Notes under the pieces: model-generated
Databases searched by the model: none
What the model was told of the DNA's origin: nothing
The model's input: only the letters and a program-made list of their open reading frames with translations
From: Halalkalibacterium halodurans
GTDB taxonomy: Bacteria > Bacillota > Bacilli > Bacillales > Bacillaceae_D
Direction: 5' to 3'
Assembly: GCF_004376175.1 (NCBI RefSeq)
Contig: NZ_SNUY01000078.1
Coordinates: 10,458-15,514 of the forward strand
DNA length: 5,057 nucleotides
In this document: positions 4,943 to 5,057 of the stretch, piece by piece
Position numbering within the stretch: the first letter of the stretch is position 1
How the letters are laid out: every line of letters starts with the position of its first letter
Translations under genes and position numbers: made by a program

Positions 4943-5057
4943 TAGAAAAGTGCAGAGAAATGCAATGAAAAATGCAGAGGTTTGCCACCCATTTAATTCC
5001 TTTTCGACAATGCGTGGGACAGTCTATAGCTCTCGCCATGAAAAGAGATGATATGGG

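Noticed and set aside
4951-4979. Short direct repeats TGCAGAG (4951..4957 and 4973..4979) and AAATGCA (4958..4964 and 4970..4976).
   Set aside because: They are 7-mers only, lie within the hydrophobic-segment coding region and have no extended symmetry. They are compatible with chance or with repeated Phe/Ala/Cys codons.
4893-5039. 48-codon minus-strand ORF (MARAIDCPTHCRKGIKWVANLCIFHCISLH...) with two CxxHC motifs.
   Set aside because: The 18 nt available before its ATG are pyrimidine-rich and contain no SD. It overlaps both other candidate frames of the first gene. The Cys/His pattern is probably a frame artefact. The window edge prevents further assessment.
4925-5057. Search for the operon promoter or an oriT-like inverted repeat upstream of the first gene.
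   Set aside because: I found no convincing -35/-10 pair (TATAGA near 5028 has no properly spaced -35) and only 4-bp inverted repeats. The window ends at 5057, so the real control region probably lies outside it.

Overview
The window is AT-rich (about one-third G+C by eye) and almost entirely coding on the minus strand. Six co-directional genes are tightly packed, most of them behind strong Bacillus/Firmicutes-type Shine-Dalgarno sequences, so this looks like one transfer or secretion operon from a low-GC Gram-positive plasmid or ICE. In transcription order (high to low coordinates) the genes are:
- a small beta-rich protein whose start codon is problematic (4739..4942; its frame stays open up to 5023)
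- a 4-TM membrane protein (4311..4724)
- a clear VirD4/TraG-family type IV coupling protein, T4CP (2053..4314)
- a short 3-TM protein that reads like a T2SSF/TadB-TadC pilus platform domain (1365..2060)
- a VirB11/CpaF(TadA)-family secretion ATPase (256..1344)
- an intrinsic terminator (about 146..180)
- the first 41 codons of a small protein with a pilin-like or signal-anchor N-terminus (1..124, running off the left edge)

I saw no rRNA, tRNA, CRISPR array, transposase or IS ends. No VirB4, relaxase, prepilin peptidase or obvious oriT lies inside the window.

The main point of interest is that a DNA coupling protein is translationally coupled to what looks like a type IV filament (Tad-like) motor, rather than sitting next to classical Gram-positive T4SS channel genes.

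Secondary observations:
- an acidic T4CP tail whose codons also serve as the SD/ATG cluster of the next gene
- a terminator placed directly against the RBS of the pilin-like gene
- a G7 tract inside the ATPase catalytic motif
- an apparent frameshift at the first gene

Every functional call comes from reading motifs by eye. No database search was possible.
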